Assembly: GCF_000497125.1 (NCBI RefSeq)
Contig: NC_090604.1
Coordinates: 176,828-196,827, forward strand
Length of the DNA stretch: 20,000 bases
Direction of reading: 5' to 3'
From: Spironucleus salmonicida
Lineage: Eukaryota
Part shown: positions 6,724-16,964 of the stretch, piece by piece
Position numbering within the stretch: the stretch's first letter is position 1
Layout: every line of letters begins with the position of its first letter
Made by a program: the position numbers and the translations under genes
The notes under the pieces: generated by a model
Database searches by the model: none
The model's input: only the letters and a program-made list of their open reading frames with translations
Told to the model about the DNA's origin: nothing

Positions 6724-7950
6724 TCAGATCTCATTCCTCTGCACGAGGGGGAGCTCGGTGTGCATTCTCTGCTTCCTGCTGCGCACGGCGAAGGCCACGA
6801 CACCGATGACCGCGGTCAGGGCGACGACACCGCCGAGGACGGCACCGATGGTGGCGGCCTGGGAGGCTCTGTTGGCGGGCGCGACGCACTGGTGGGCCTG
6901 GAAGAGGTAGCCGGGTCTGCACGCGGCGCAGTAGCGCTCGTCGCAGGACAGGCACCCCTCGGGGCAGGCGGCGCACTGGCCGGTGGTGGTCTGGCGGAAG
7001 CCGACCTCGCACTCGTTGCAGGAGTCGCCGCTCTGGACCTTGCAGTTGGCGATGCCGCCGGGGACGACTGGTGGAGGCGTGGGAGGGTTCACCGAGCCGC
7101 AGGAGCTGGCGTCGGCACAGACCCCGGCTGGGGTGAGGTAGAAGCCGAGCCCGCAACCGAGGCACTCGGAGGTGCTGCAGATGGCGCAGCCCTCGGCGCA
7201 GGGGACGCAGAGCCCGTTGGTGAGGGCGTGACCGGGGTGGCACACGAGGCAGCCGTCGGCGCCCTCGATCTGACAGGAGTTGGGCTTGGGCACGCATACG
7301 TTGTCCTGGACGGCGAGGCCTTCCTTGCACACGACGCACTTTTCTTCGTACTGGAAGTCGCAGTTGGCGACGGCGGCGAAGCAGTTGCCGCCCTGCTGGA
7401 CGAAGCCTGGGATGCAAGTGGTGCAGCCGGAGGCATCGGAGGATGCGCAGAGGGAAGGGTTGGTGACGCAGGTGTTGTTCATGACGGCGAAGCCCTCGCG
7501 GCAGTTGACACACTTCTCCTCGTACTGGTAGTCGCAGTTCTTCACGCCGGCGTAGCAGTTGCCGTTGGTGTTGGAGTAGCCAGGCTTGCAGCTGATGCAG
7601 CCCTCGGGGGTGTTGGTCTCGCAGAAGGCGGGGTTGGTGACGCACTTGTTGCCGGCGTTGGCCATGCCGTCCTTGCACACGACGCACTTCTCCTCGTACT
7701 GGAACTCGCAGTTGGCGACAGCCGCGAAGCAGTTGCCGTCCTGTTCGACGTGGCCGGGCTTGCAGGTGGCGCAGCCGTCGATGCCCTGAACGGAGCAGAG
7801 GGCGGGGTTGGTGACGCACTTGTTGTCGGCGACGGCGAAGCCCTCGCGGCAGTTGATGCAGGTGGCCTCGTACTGGAACTCGCAGTTCTTGATGTTGGGG
7901 ATGCAGGTGTTGTTCTCACGGTGGGTGTTGGTCGGGCAGGTCGCGCTCAT
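6724..7950 (-). CDS. CXXC-rich membrane protein, copy 4
   Basis: Intact ORF, same protein as copy 1. Confidence 0.9.
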   Translation of the reverse strand: MSATCPTNTHRENNTCIPNIKNCEFQYEATCINCREGFAVADNKCVTNPALCSVQGIDGCATCKPGHVEQDGNCFAAVANCEFQYEEKCVVCKDGMANAGNKCVTNPAFCETNTPEGCISCKPGYSNTNGNCYAGVKNCDYQYEEKCVNCREGFAVMNNTCVTNPSLCASSDASGCTTCIPGFVQQGGNCFAAVANCDFQYEEKCVVCKEGLAVQDNVCVPKPNSCQIEGADGCLVCHPGHALTNGLCVPCAEGCAICSTSECLGCGLGFYLTPAGVCADASSCGSVNPPTPPPVVPGGIANCKVQSGDSCNECEVGFRQTTTGQCAACPEGCLSCDERYCAACRPGYLFQAHQCVAPANRASQAATIGAVLGGVVALTAVIGVVAFAVRSRKQRMHTELPLVQRNEI

Positions 7951-8134
7951 TGGTAGTGGAGTGGGCGGGTCGGATCGGGGGTATAATACGGTATTAGGCC
8001 GATAATCTATTTCGGGCCGAGTTAGAATAGGTGGAGCGGAGTTGGATTGCCTTGGGTATCCGCGCCATCGTGCAGAATACCCGGCCGGGTGGAAGGGCGG
8101 ACCCATCCCGAGGCGGGCGGTGCGCGAGAAAGAT

Positions 8135-8254
8135 AAAATTCGGCACAGCTCTTTCCCTCGTAGTCTCCCAGCGAAGTACTCAATACTGCCAGGTCAGGCT
8201 TCACTTCACAATTTGGAACAAGATGTGGTGTTTAACTGACTGTATGACCGAATC
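8135..8254 (-). rRNA. 5S rRNA (unit 4, copy a)
   Basis: Same sequence as 1607-1726. Confidence 0.93.
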
Positions 8255-8347
8255 GAGAGTACTGGGGCGTGGCCGCGGACCCGGGCGCTGGGCGGGTGCT
8301 GGGAAGCGGGCCCGCCCATCCCGAGGCGGGCGGTGCGCGAGAAAGAT

Positions 8348-8467
8348 AAAATTCGGCACAGCTCTTTCCCTCGTAGTCTCCCAGCGAAGTACTCAATACT
8401 GCCAGGTCAGGCTTCACTTCACAATTTGGAACAAGATGTGGTGTTTAACTGACTGTATGACCGAATC
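8348..8467 (-). rRNA. 5S rRNA (unit 4, copy b)
   Basis: Same sequence as 1607-1726. Confidence 0.93.
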
Positions 8468-8899
8468 GAGAGTACTGGGACGGCCGGAAAGAAGGGGCGC
8501 CTCGCGCTGTTACTTTGCGACGCTTCCCGTGAGGCGCTAGCTCGAAGTGGGCCACGAGATGCTTCAGCTACCGCCCTGGGAAGCCAAGGTGAAAGTGCGT
8601 GGCTAAAGTTTGGGACGTACCAAGCCACTACGAAGTGGGAGTGAGACAGCATACTTAGGGGAGGCGCTGTGAAGGCAGATGACGGAGAAGTGACGGCTGC
8701 CCTTTCTAGCGTTTGATTAGCTTGGGTGCATAGCCTCTGCTGGTAGATTTTGTTATAGGTGCAGTTAGTAAAAGCTAATGCTAGGGCTAGGCAATTAATA
8801 GAATAAATACTGCCGAAACGTATAAATAAATCATTAGCATAGCTTATCAGCCAGCTAGAGTGGAGGGACGTGAGGGCGCTATAAATCAAGTAGGGTCAC

Positions 8900-10126
8900 T
8901 CAGATCTCATTCCTCTGCACGAGGGGGAGCTCGGTGTGCATTCTCTGCTTCCTGCTGCGCACGGCGAAGGCCACGACACCGATGACCGCGGTCAGGGCGA
9001 CGACACCGCCGAGGACGGCACCGATGGTGGCGGCCTGGGAGGCTCTGTTGGCGGGCGCGACGCACTGGTGGGCCTGGAAGAGGTAGCCGGGTCTGCACGC
9101 GGCGCAGTAGCGCTCGTCGCAGGACAGGCACCCCTCGGGGCAGGCGGCGCACTGGCCGGTGGTGGTCTGGCGGAAGCCGACCTCGCACTCGTTGCAGGAG
9201 TCGCCGCTCTGGACCTTGCAGTTGGCGATGCCGCCGGGGACGACTGGTGGAGGCGTGGGAGGGTTCACCGAGCCGCAGGAGCTGGCGTCGGCACAGACCC
9301 CGGCTGGGGTGAGGTAGAAGCCGAGCCCGCAACCGAGGCACTCGGAGGTGCTGCAGATGGCGCAGCCCTCGGCGCAGGGGACGCAGAGCCCGTTGGTGAG
9401 GGCGTGACCGGGGTGGCACACGAGGCAGCCGTCGGCGCCCTCGATCTGGCAGGAGTTGGGCTTGGGCACGCATACGTTGTCCTGGACGGCGAGGCCTTCC
9501 TTGCACACGACGCACTTTTCTTCGTACTGGAAGTCGCAGTTGGCGACGGCGGCGAAGCAGTTGCCGCCCTGCTGGACGAAGCCTGGGATGCAAGTGGTGC
9601 AGCCGGAGGCATCGGAGGATGCGCAGAGGGAAGGGTTGGTGACGCAGGTGTTGTTCATGACGGCGAAGCCCTCGCGGCAGTTGACACACTTCTCCTCGTA
9701 CTGGTAGTCGCAGTTCTTCACGCCGGCGTAGCAGTTGCCGTTGGTGTTGGAGTAGCCAGGCTTGCAGCTGATGCAGCCCTCGGGGGTGTTGGTCTCGCAG
9801 AAGGCGGGGTTGGTGACGCACTTGTTGCCGGCGTTGGCCATGCCGTCCTTGCACACGACGCACTTCTCCTCGTACTGGAACTCGCAGTTGGCGACAGCCG
9901 CGAAGCAGTTGCCGTCCTGTTCGACGTGGCCGGGCTTGCAGGTGGCGCAGCCGTCGATGCCCTGAACGGAGCAGAGGGCGGGGTTGGTGACGCACTTGTT
10001 GTCGGCGACGGCGAAGCCCTCGCGGCAGTTGATGCAGGTGGCCTCGTACTGGAACTCGCAGTTCTTGATGTTGGGGATGCAGGTGTTGTTCTCACGGTGG
10101 GTGTTGGTCGGGCAGGTCGCGCTCAT
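8900..10126 (-). CDS. CXXC-rich membrane protein, copy 5
   Basis: Intact ORF, same protein as copy 1. Confidence 0.9.
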   Translation of the reverse strand: MSATCPTNTHRENNTCIPNIKNCEFQYEATCINCREGFAVADNKCVTNPALCSVQGIDGCATCKPGHVEQDGNCFAAVANCEFQYEEKCVVCKDGMANAGNKCVTNPAFCETNTPEGCISCKPGYSNTNGNCYAGVKNCDYQYEEKCVNCREGFAVMNNTCVTNPSLCASSDASGCTTCIPGFVQQGGNCFAAVANCDFQYEEKCVVCKEGLAVQDNVCVPKPNSCQIEGADGCLVCHPGHALTNGLCVPCAEGCAICSTSECLGCGLGFYLTPAGVCADASSCGSVNPPTPPPVVPGGIANCKVQSGDSCNECEVGFRQTTTGQCAACPEGCLSCDERYCAACRPGYLFQAHQCVAPANRASQAATIGAVLGGVVALTAVIGVVAFAVRSRKQRMHTELPLVQRNEI

Positions 10127-10310
10127 TGGTAGTGGAGTGGGCGGGTCGGATCGGGGGTATAATACGGTATTAGGCCGATAATCTATTTCGGGCCGAGTTA
10201 GAATAGGTGGAGCGGAGTTGGATTGCCTTGGGTATCCGCGCCATCGTGCAGAATACCCGGCCGGGTGGAAGGGCGGACCCATCCCGAGGCGGGCGGTGCG
10301 CGAGAAAGAT

Positions 10311-10430
10311 AAAATTCGGCACAGCTCTTTCCCTCGTAGTCTCCCAGCGAAGTACTCAATACTGCCAGGTCAGGCTTCACTTCACAATTTGGAACAAGAT
10401 GTGGTGTTTAACTGACTGTATGACCGAATC
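10311..10430 (-). rRNA. 5S rRNA (unit 5, copy a)
   Basis: Same sequence as 1607-1726. Confidence 0.93.
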
Positions 10431-10523
10431 GAGAGTACTGGGGCGTGGCCGCGGACCCGGGCGCTGGGCGGGTGCTGGGAAGCGGGCCCGCCCATCCCGA
10501 GGCGGGCGGTGCGCGAGAAAGAT

Positions 10524-10643
10524 AAAATTCGGCACAGCTCTTTCCCTCGTAGTCTCCCAGCGAAGTACTCAATACTGCCAGGTCAGGCTTCACTTCACAA
10601 TTTGGAACAAGATGTGGTGTTTAACTGACTGTATGACCGAATC
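10524..10643 (-). rRNA. 5S rRNA (unit 5, copy b)
   Basis: Same sequence as 1607-1726. Confidence 0.93.
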
Positions 10644-11075
10644 GAGAGTACTGGGACGGCCGGAAAGAAGGGGCGCCTCGCGCTGTTACTTTGCGACGCT
10701 TCCCGTGAGGCGCTAGCTCGAAGTGGGCCACGAGATGCTTCAGCTACCGCCCTGGGAAGCCAAGGTGAAAGTGCGTGGCTAAAGGTTGGGACGTACCAAG
10801 CCACTACGAAGTGGGAGTGAGACAGCATACTTAGGGGAGGCGCTGTGAAGGCAGATGACGGAGAAGTGACGGCTGCCCTTTCTAGCGTTTGGTTAGCTTG
10901 GGTGCATAGCCTCTGCTGGTAGATTTTGTTATAGGTGCAGTTAGTAAAAGCTAATGCTAGGGCTAGGCAATTAATAGAATAAATACTGCCGAAACGTATA
11001 AATAAATCATTAGCATAGCTTATCAGCCAGCTAGAGTGGAGGGACGTGAGGGCGCTATAAATCAAGTAGGGTCAC

Positions 11076-12302
11076 TCAGATCTCATTCCTCTGCACGAGG
11101 GGGAGCTCGGTGTGCATTCTCTGCTTCCTGCTGCGCACGGCGAAGGCCACGACACCGATGACCGCGGTCAGGGCGACGACACCGCCGAGGACGGCACCGA
11201 TGGTGGCGGCCTGGGAGGCTCTGTTGGCGGGCGCGACGCACTGGTGGGCCTGGAAGAGGTAGCCGGGTCTGCACGCGGCGCAGTAGCGCTCGTCGCAGGA
11301 CAGGCACCCCTCGGGGCAGGCGGCGCACTGGCCGGTGGTGGTCTGGCGGAAGCCGACCTCGCACTCGTTGCAGGAGTCGCCGCTCTGGACCTTGCAGTTG
11401 GCGATGCCGCCGGGGACGACTGGTGGAGGCGTGGGAGGGTTCACCGAGCCGCAGGAGCTGGCGTCGGCACAGACCCCGGCTGGGGTGAGGTAGAAGCCGA
11501 GCCCGCAACCGAGGCACTCGGAGGTGCTGCAGATGGCGCAGCCCTCGGCGCAGGGGACGCAGAGCCCGTTGGTGAGGGCGTGACCGGGGTGGCACACGAG
11601 GCAGCCGTCGGCGCCCTCGATCTGACAGGAGTTGGGCTTGGGCACGCATACGTTGTCCTGGACGGCGAGGCCTTCCTTGCACACGACGCACTTTTCTTCG
11701 TACTGGAAGTCGCAGTTGGCGACGGCGGCGAAGCAGTTGCCGCCCTGCTGGACGAAGCCTGGGATGCAAGTGGTGCAGCCGGAGGCATCGGAGGATGCGC
11801 AGAGGGAAGGGTTGGTGACGCAGGTGTTGTTCATGACGGCGAAGCCCTCGCGGCAGTTGACACACTTCTCCTCGTACTGGTAGTCGCAGTTCTTCACGCC
11901 GGCGTAGCAGTTGCCGTTGGTGTTGGAGTAGCCAGGCTTGCAGCTGATGCAGCCCTCGGGGGTGTTGGTCTCGCAGAAGGCGGGGTTGGTGACGCACTTG
12001 TTGCCGGCGTTGGCCATGCCGTCCTTGCACACGACGCACTTCTCCTCGTACTGGAACTCGCAGTTGGCGACAGCCGCGAAGCAGTTGCCGTCCTGTTCGA
12101 CGTGGCCGGGCTTGCAGGTGGCGCAGCCGTCGATGCCCTGAACGGAGCAGAGGGCGGGGTTGGTGACGCACTTGTTGTCGGCGACGGCGAAGCCCTCGCG
12201 GCAGTTGATGCAGGTGGCCTCGTACTGGAACTCGCAGTTCTTGATGTTGGGGATGCAGGTGTTGTTCTCACGGTGGGTGTTGGTCGGGCAGGTCGCGCTC
12301 AT
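11076..12302 (-). CDS. CXXC-rich membrane protein, copy 6
   Basis: Intact ORF, same protein as copy 1. Confidence 0.9.
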   Translation of the reverse strand: MSATCPTNTHRENNTCIPNIKNCEFQYEATCINCREGFAVADNKCVTNPALCSVQGIDGCATCKPGHVEQDGNCFAAVANCEFQYEEKCVVCKDGMANAGNKCVTNPAFCETNTPEGCISCKPGYSNTNGNCYAGVKNCDYQYEEKCVNCREGFAVMNNTCVTNPSLCASSDASGCTTCIPGFVQQGGNCFAAVANCDFQYEEKCVVCKEGLAVQDNVCVPKPNSCQIEGADGCLVCHPGHALTNGLCVPCAEGCAICSTSECLGCGLGFYLTPAGVCADASSCGSVNPPTPPPVVPGGIANCKVQSGDSCNECEVGFRQTTTGQCAACPEGCLSCDERYCAACRPGYLFQAHQCVAPANRASQAATIGAVLGGVVALTAVIGVVAFAVRSRKQRMHTELPLVQRNEI

Positions 12303-12486
12303 TGGTAGTGGAGTGGGCGGGTCGGATCGGGGGTATAATACGGTATTAGGCCGATAATCTATTTCGGGCCGAGTTAGAATAGGTGGAGCGGAGTTGGATT
12401 GCCTTGGGTATCCGCGCCATCGTGCAGAATACCCGGCCGGGTGGAAGGGCGGACCCATCCCGAGGCGGGCGGTGCGCGAGAAAGAT

Positions 12487-12606
12487 AAAATTCGGCACAG
12501 CTCTTTCCCTCGTAGTCTCCCAGCGAAGTACTCAATACTGCCAGGTCAGGCTTCACTTCACAATTTGGAACAAGATGTGGTGTTTAACTGACTGTATGAC
12601 CGAATC
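12487..12606 (-). rRNA. 5S rRNA (unit 6)
   Basis: Same sequence as 1607-1726. Confidence 0.93.
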
Positions 12607-13038
12607 GAGAGTACTGGGACGGCCGGAAAGAAGGGGCGCCTCGCGCTGTTACTTTGCGACGCTTCCCGTGAGGCGCTAGCTCGAAGTGGGCCACGAGATG
12701 CTTCAGCTACCGCCCTGGGAAGCCAAGGTGAAAGTGCGTGGCTAAAGGTTGGGACGTACCAAGCCACTACGAAGTGGGAGTGAGACAGCATACTTAGGGG
12801 AGGCGCTGTGAAGGCAGATGACGGAGAAGTGACGGCTGCCCTTTCTAGCGTTTGGTTAGCTTGGGTGCATAGCCTCTGCTGGTAGATTTTGTTATAGGTG
12901 CAGTTAGTAAAAGCTAATGCTAGGGCTAGGCAATTAATAGAATAAATACTGCCGAAACGTATAAATAAATCATTAGCATAGCTTATCAGCCAGCTAGAGT
13001 GGAGGGACGTGAGGGCGCTATAAATCAAGTAGGGTCAC

Positions 13039-14265
13039 TCAGATCTCATTCCTCTGCACGAGGGGGAGCTCGGTGTGCATTCTCTGCTTCCTGCTGCGCA
13101 CGGCGAAGGCCACGACACCGATGACCGCGGTCAGGGCGACGACACCGCCGAGGACGGCACCGATGGTGGCGGCCTGGGAGGCTCTGTTGGCGGGCGCGAC
13201 GCACTGGTGGGCCTGGAAGAGGTAGCCGGGTCTGCACGCGGCGCAGTAGCGCTCGTCGCAGGACAGGCACCCCTCGGGGCAGGCGGCGCACTGGCCGGTG
13301 GTGGTCTGGCGGAAGCCGACCTCGCACTCGTTGCAGGAGTCGCCGCTCTGGACCTTGCAGTTGGCGATGCCGCCGGGGACGACTGGTGGAGGCGTGGGAG
13401 GGTTCACCGAGCCGCAGGAGCTGGCGTCGGCACAGACCCCGGCTGGGGTGAGGTAGAAGCCGAGCCCGCAACCGAGGCACTCGGAGGTGCTGCAGATGGC
13501 GCAGCCCTCGGCGCAGGGGACGCAGAGCCCGTTGGTGAGGGCGTGACCGGGGTGGCACACGAGGCAGCCGTCGGCGCCCTCGATCTGACAGGAGTTGGGC
13601 TTGGGCACGCATACGTTGTCCTGGACGGCGAGGCCTTCCTTGCACACGACGCACTTTTCTTCGTACTGGAAGTCGCAGTTGGCGACGGCGGCGAAGCAGT
13701 TGCCGCCCTGCTGGACGAAGCCTGGGATGCAAGTGGTGCAGCCGGAGGCATCGGAGGATGCGCAGAGGGAAGGGTTGGTGACGCAGGTGTTGTTCATGAC
13801 GGCGAAGCCCTCGCGGCAGTTGACACACTTCTCCTCGTACTGGTAGTCGCAGTTCTTCACGCCGGCGTAGCAGTTGCCGTTGGTGTTGGAGTAGCCAGGC
13901 TTGCAGCTGATGCAGCCCTCGGGGGTGTTGGTCTCGCAGAAGGCGGGGTTGGTGACGCACTTGTTGCCGGCGTTGGCCATGCCGTCCTTGCACACGACGC
14001 ACTTCTCCTCGTACTGGAACTCGCAGTTGGCGACAGCCGCGAAGCAGTTGCCGTCCTGTTCGACGTGGCCGGGCTTGCAGGTGGCGCAGCCGTCGATGCC
14101 CTGAACGGAGCAGAGGGCGGGGTTGGTGACGCACTTGTTGTCGGCGACGGCGAAGCCCTCGCGGCAGTTGATGCAGGTGGCCTCGTACTGGAACTCGCAG
14201 TTCTTGATGTTGGGGATGCAGGTGTTGTTCTCACGGTGGGTGTTGGTCGGGCAGGTCGCGCTCAT
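13039..14265 (-). CDS. CXXC-rich membrane protein, copy 7
   Basis: Intact ORF, same protein as copy 1. Confidence 0.9.
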   Translation of the reverse strand: MSATCPTNTHRENNTCIPNIKNCEFQYEATCINCREGFAVADNKCVTNPALCSVQGIDGCATCKPGHVEQDGNCFAAVANCEFQYEEKCVVCKDGMANAGNKCVTNPAFCETNTPEGCISCKPGYSNTNGNCYAGVKNCDYQYEEKCVNCREGFAVMNNTCVTNPSLCASSDASGCTTCIPGFVQQGGNCFAAVANCDFQYEEKCVVCKEGLAVQDNVCVPKPNSCQIEGADGCLVCHPGHALTNGLCVPCAEGCAICSTSECLGCGLGFYLTPAGVCADASSCGSVNPPTPPPVVPGGIANCKVQSGDSCNECEVGFRQTTTGQCAACPEGCLSCDERYCAACRPGYLFQAHQCVAPANRASQAATIGAVLGGVVALTAVIGVVAFAVRSRKQRMHTELPLVQRNEI

Positions 14266-14449
14266 TGGTAGTGGAGTGGGCGGGTCGGATCGGGGGTATA
14301 ATACGGTATTAGGCCGATAATCTATTTCGGGCCGAGTTAGAATAGGTGGAGCGGAGTTGGATTGCCTTGGGTATCCGCGCCATCGTGCAGAATACCCGGC
14401 CGGGTGGAAGGGCGGACCCATCCCGAGGCGGGCGGTGCGCGAGAAAGAT

Positions 14450-14569
14450 AAAATTCGGCACAGCTCTTTCCCTCGTAGTCTCCCAGCGAAGTACTCAATA
14501 CTGCCAGGTCAGGCTTCACTTCACAATTTGGAACAAGATGTGGTGTTTAACTGACTGTATGACCGAATC
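14450..14569 (-). rRNA. 5S rRNA (unit 7)
   Basis: Same sequence as 1607-1726. Confidence 0.93.
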
Positions 14570-15001
14570 GAGAGTACTGGGACGGCCGGAAAGAAGGGGC
14601 GCCTCGCGCTGTTACTTTGCGACGCTTCCCGTGAGGCGCTAGCTCGAAGTGGGCCACGAGATGCTTCAGCTACCGCCCTGGGAAGCCAAGGTGAAAGTGC
14701 GTGGCTAAAGGTTGGGACGTACCAAGCCACTACGAAGTGGGAGTGAGACAGCATACTTAGGGGAGGCGCTGTGAAGGCAGATGACGGAGAAGTGACGGCT
14801 GCCCTTTCTAGCGTTTGGTTAGCTTGGGTGCATAGCCTCTGCTGGTAGATTTTGTTATAGGTGCAGTTAGTAAAAGCTAATGCTAGGGCTAGGCAATTAA
14901 TAGAATAAATACTGCCGAAACGTATAAATAAATCATTAGCATAGCTTATCAGCCAGCTAGAGTGGAGGGACGTGAGGGCGCTATAAATCAAGTAGGGTCA
15001 C

Positions 15002-16228
15002 TCAGATCTCATTCCTCTGCACGAGGGGGAGCTCGGTGTGCATTCTCTGCTTCCTGCTGCGCACGGCGAAGGCCACGACACCGATGACCGCGGTCAGGGC
15101 GACGACACCGCCGAGGACGGCACCGATGGTGGCGGCCTGGGAGGCTCTGTTGGCGGGCGCGACGCACTGGTGGGCCTGGAAGAGGTAGCCGGGTCTGCAC
15201 GCGGCGCAGTAGCGCTCGTCGCAGGACAGGCACCCCTCGGGGCAGGCGGCGCACTGGCCGGTGGTGGTCTGGCGGAAGCCGACCTCGCACTCGTTGCAGG
15301 AGTCGCCGCTCTGGACCTTGCAGTTGGCGATGCCGCCGGGGACGACTGGTGGAGGCGTGGGAGGGTTCACCGAGCCGCAGGAGCTGGCGTCGGCACAGAC
15401 CCCGGCTGGGGTGAGGTAGAAGCCGAGCCCGCAACCGAGGCACTCGGAGGTGCTGCAGATGGCGCAGCCCTCGGCGCAGGGGACGCAGAGCCCGTTGGTG
15501 AGGGCGTGACCGGGGTGGCACACGAGGCAGCCGTCGGCGCCCTCGATCTGACAGGAGTTGGGCTTGGGCACGCATACGTTGTCCTGGACGGCGAGGCCTT
15601 CCTTGCACACGACGCACTTTTCTTCGTACTGGAAGTCGCAGTTGGCGACGGCGGCGAAGCAGTTGCCGCCCTGCTGGACGAAGCCTGGGATGCAAGTGGT
15701 GCAGCCGGAGGCATCGGAGGATGCGCAGAGGGAAGGGTTGGTGACGCAGGTGTTGTTCATGACGGCGAAGCCCTCGCGGCAGTTGACACACTTCTCCTCG
15801 TACTGGAAGTCGCAGTTCTTCACGCCGGCGTAGCAGTTGCCGTTGGTGTTGGAGTAGCCAGGCTTGCAGCTGATGCAGCCCTCGGGGGTGTTGGTCTCGC
15901 AGAAGGCGGGGTTGGTGACGCACTTGTTGCCGGCGTTGGCCATGCCGTCCTTGCACACGACGCACTTCTCCTCGTACTGGAACTCGCAGTTGGCGACAGC
16001 CGCGAAGCAGTTGCCGTCCTGTTCGACGTGGCCGGGCTTGCAGGTGGCGCAGCCGTCGATGCCCTGAACGGAGCAGAGGGCGGGGTTGGTGACGCACTTG
16101 TTGTCGGCGACGGCGAAGCCCTCGCGGCAGTTGACACACTTCTCCTCGTACTGGTAGTCGCAGTTCTTGATGTTGGGGATGCAGGTGTTGTTCTCGCGGT
16201 GGGTGTTGGTCGGGCAGGTCGCGCTCAT
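15002..16228 (-). CDS. CXXC-rich membrane protein, copy 8 (mosaic; repeat 1 patched with repeat-3 sequence)
   Basis: Intact ORF; repeat 1 reads NCDYQYEEKCVNC instead of NCEFQYEATCINC, and repeat 3 reads CDFQ. Confidence 0.9.
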   Translation of the reverse strand: MSATCPTNTHRENNTCIPNIKNCDYQYEEKCVNCREGFAVADNKCVTNPALCSVQGIDGCATCKPGHVEQDGNCFAAVANCEFQYEEKCVVCKDGMANAGNKCVTNPAFCETNTPEGCISCKPGYSNTNGNCYAGVKNCDFQYEEKCVNCREGFAVMNNTCVTNPSLCASSDASGCTTCIPGFVQQGGNCFAAVANCDFQYEEKCVVCKEGLAVQDNVCVPKPNSCQIEGADGCLVCHPGHALTNGLCVPCAEGCAICSTSECLGCGLGFYLTPAGVCADASSCGSVNPPTPPPVVPGGIANCKVQSGDSCNECEVGFRQTTTGQCAACPEGCLSCDERYCAACRPGYLFQAHQCVAPANRASQAATIGAVLGGVVALTAVIGVVAFAVRSRKQRMHTELPLVQRNEI

Positions 16229-16412
16229 TGGTAGTGGAGTGGGCGGGTCGGATCGGGGGTATAATACGGTATTAGGCCGATAATCTATTTCGGGCCGAGT
16301 TAGAATAGGTGGAGCGGAGTTGGATTGCCTTGGGTATCCGCGCCATCGTGCAGAATACCCGGCCGGGTGGAAGGGCGGACCCATCCCGAGGCGGGCGGTG
16401 CGCGAGAAAGAT

Positions 16413-16532
16413 AAAATTCGGCACAGCTCTTTCCCTCGTAGTCTCCCAGCGAAGTACTCAATACTGCCAGGTCAGGCTTCACTTCACAATTTGGAACAAG
16501 ATGTGGTGTTTAACTGACTGTATGACCGAATC
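16413..16532 (-). rRNA. 5S rRNA (unit 8)
   Basis: Same sequence as 1607-1726. Confidence 0.93.
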
Positions 16533-16964
16533 GAGAGTACTGGGACGGCCGGAAAGAAGGGGCGCCTCGCGCTGTTACTTTGCGACGCTTCCCGTGAGGC
16601 GCTAGCTCGAAGTGGGCCACGAGATGCTTCAGCTACCGCCCTGGGAAGCCAAGGTGAACGTGCGTGGCTAAAGGTTGGGACGTACCAAGCCACTACGAAG
16701 TGGGAGTGAGACAGCATACTTAGGGGAGGCGCTGTGAAGGCAGATGACGGAGAAGTGACGGCTGCCCTTTCTAGCGTTTGGTTAGCTTGGGTGCATAGCC
16801 TCTGCTGGTAGATTTTGTTATAGGTGCAGTTAGTAAAAGCTAATGCTAGGGCTAGGCAATTAATAGAATAAATACTGCCGAAACGTATAAATAAATCATT
16901 AGCATAGCTTATCAGCCAGCTAGAGTGGAGGGACGTGAGGGCGCTATAAATCAAGTAGGGTCAC

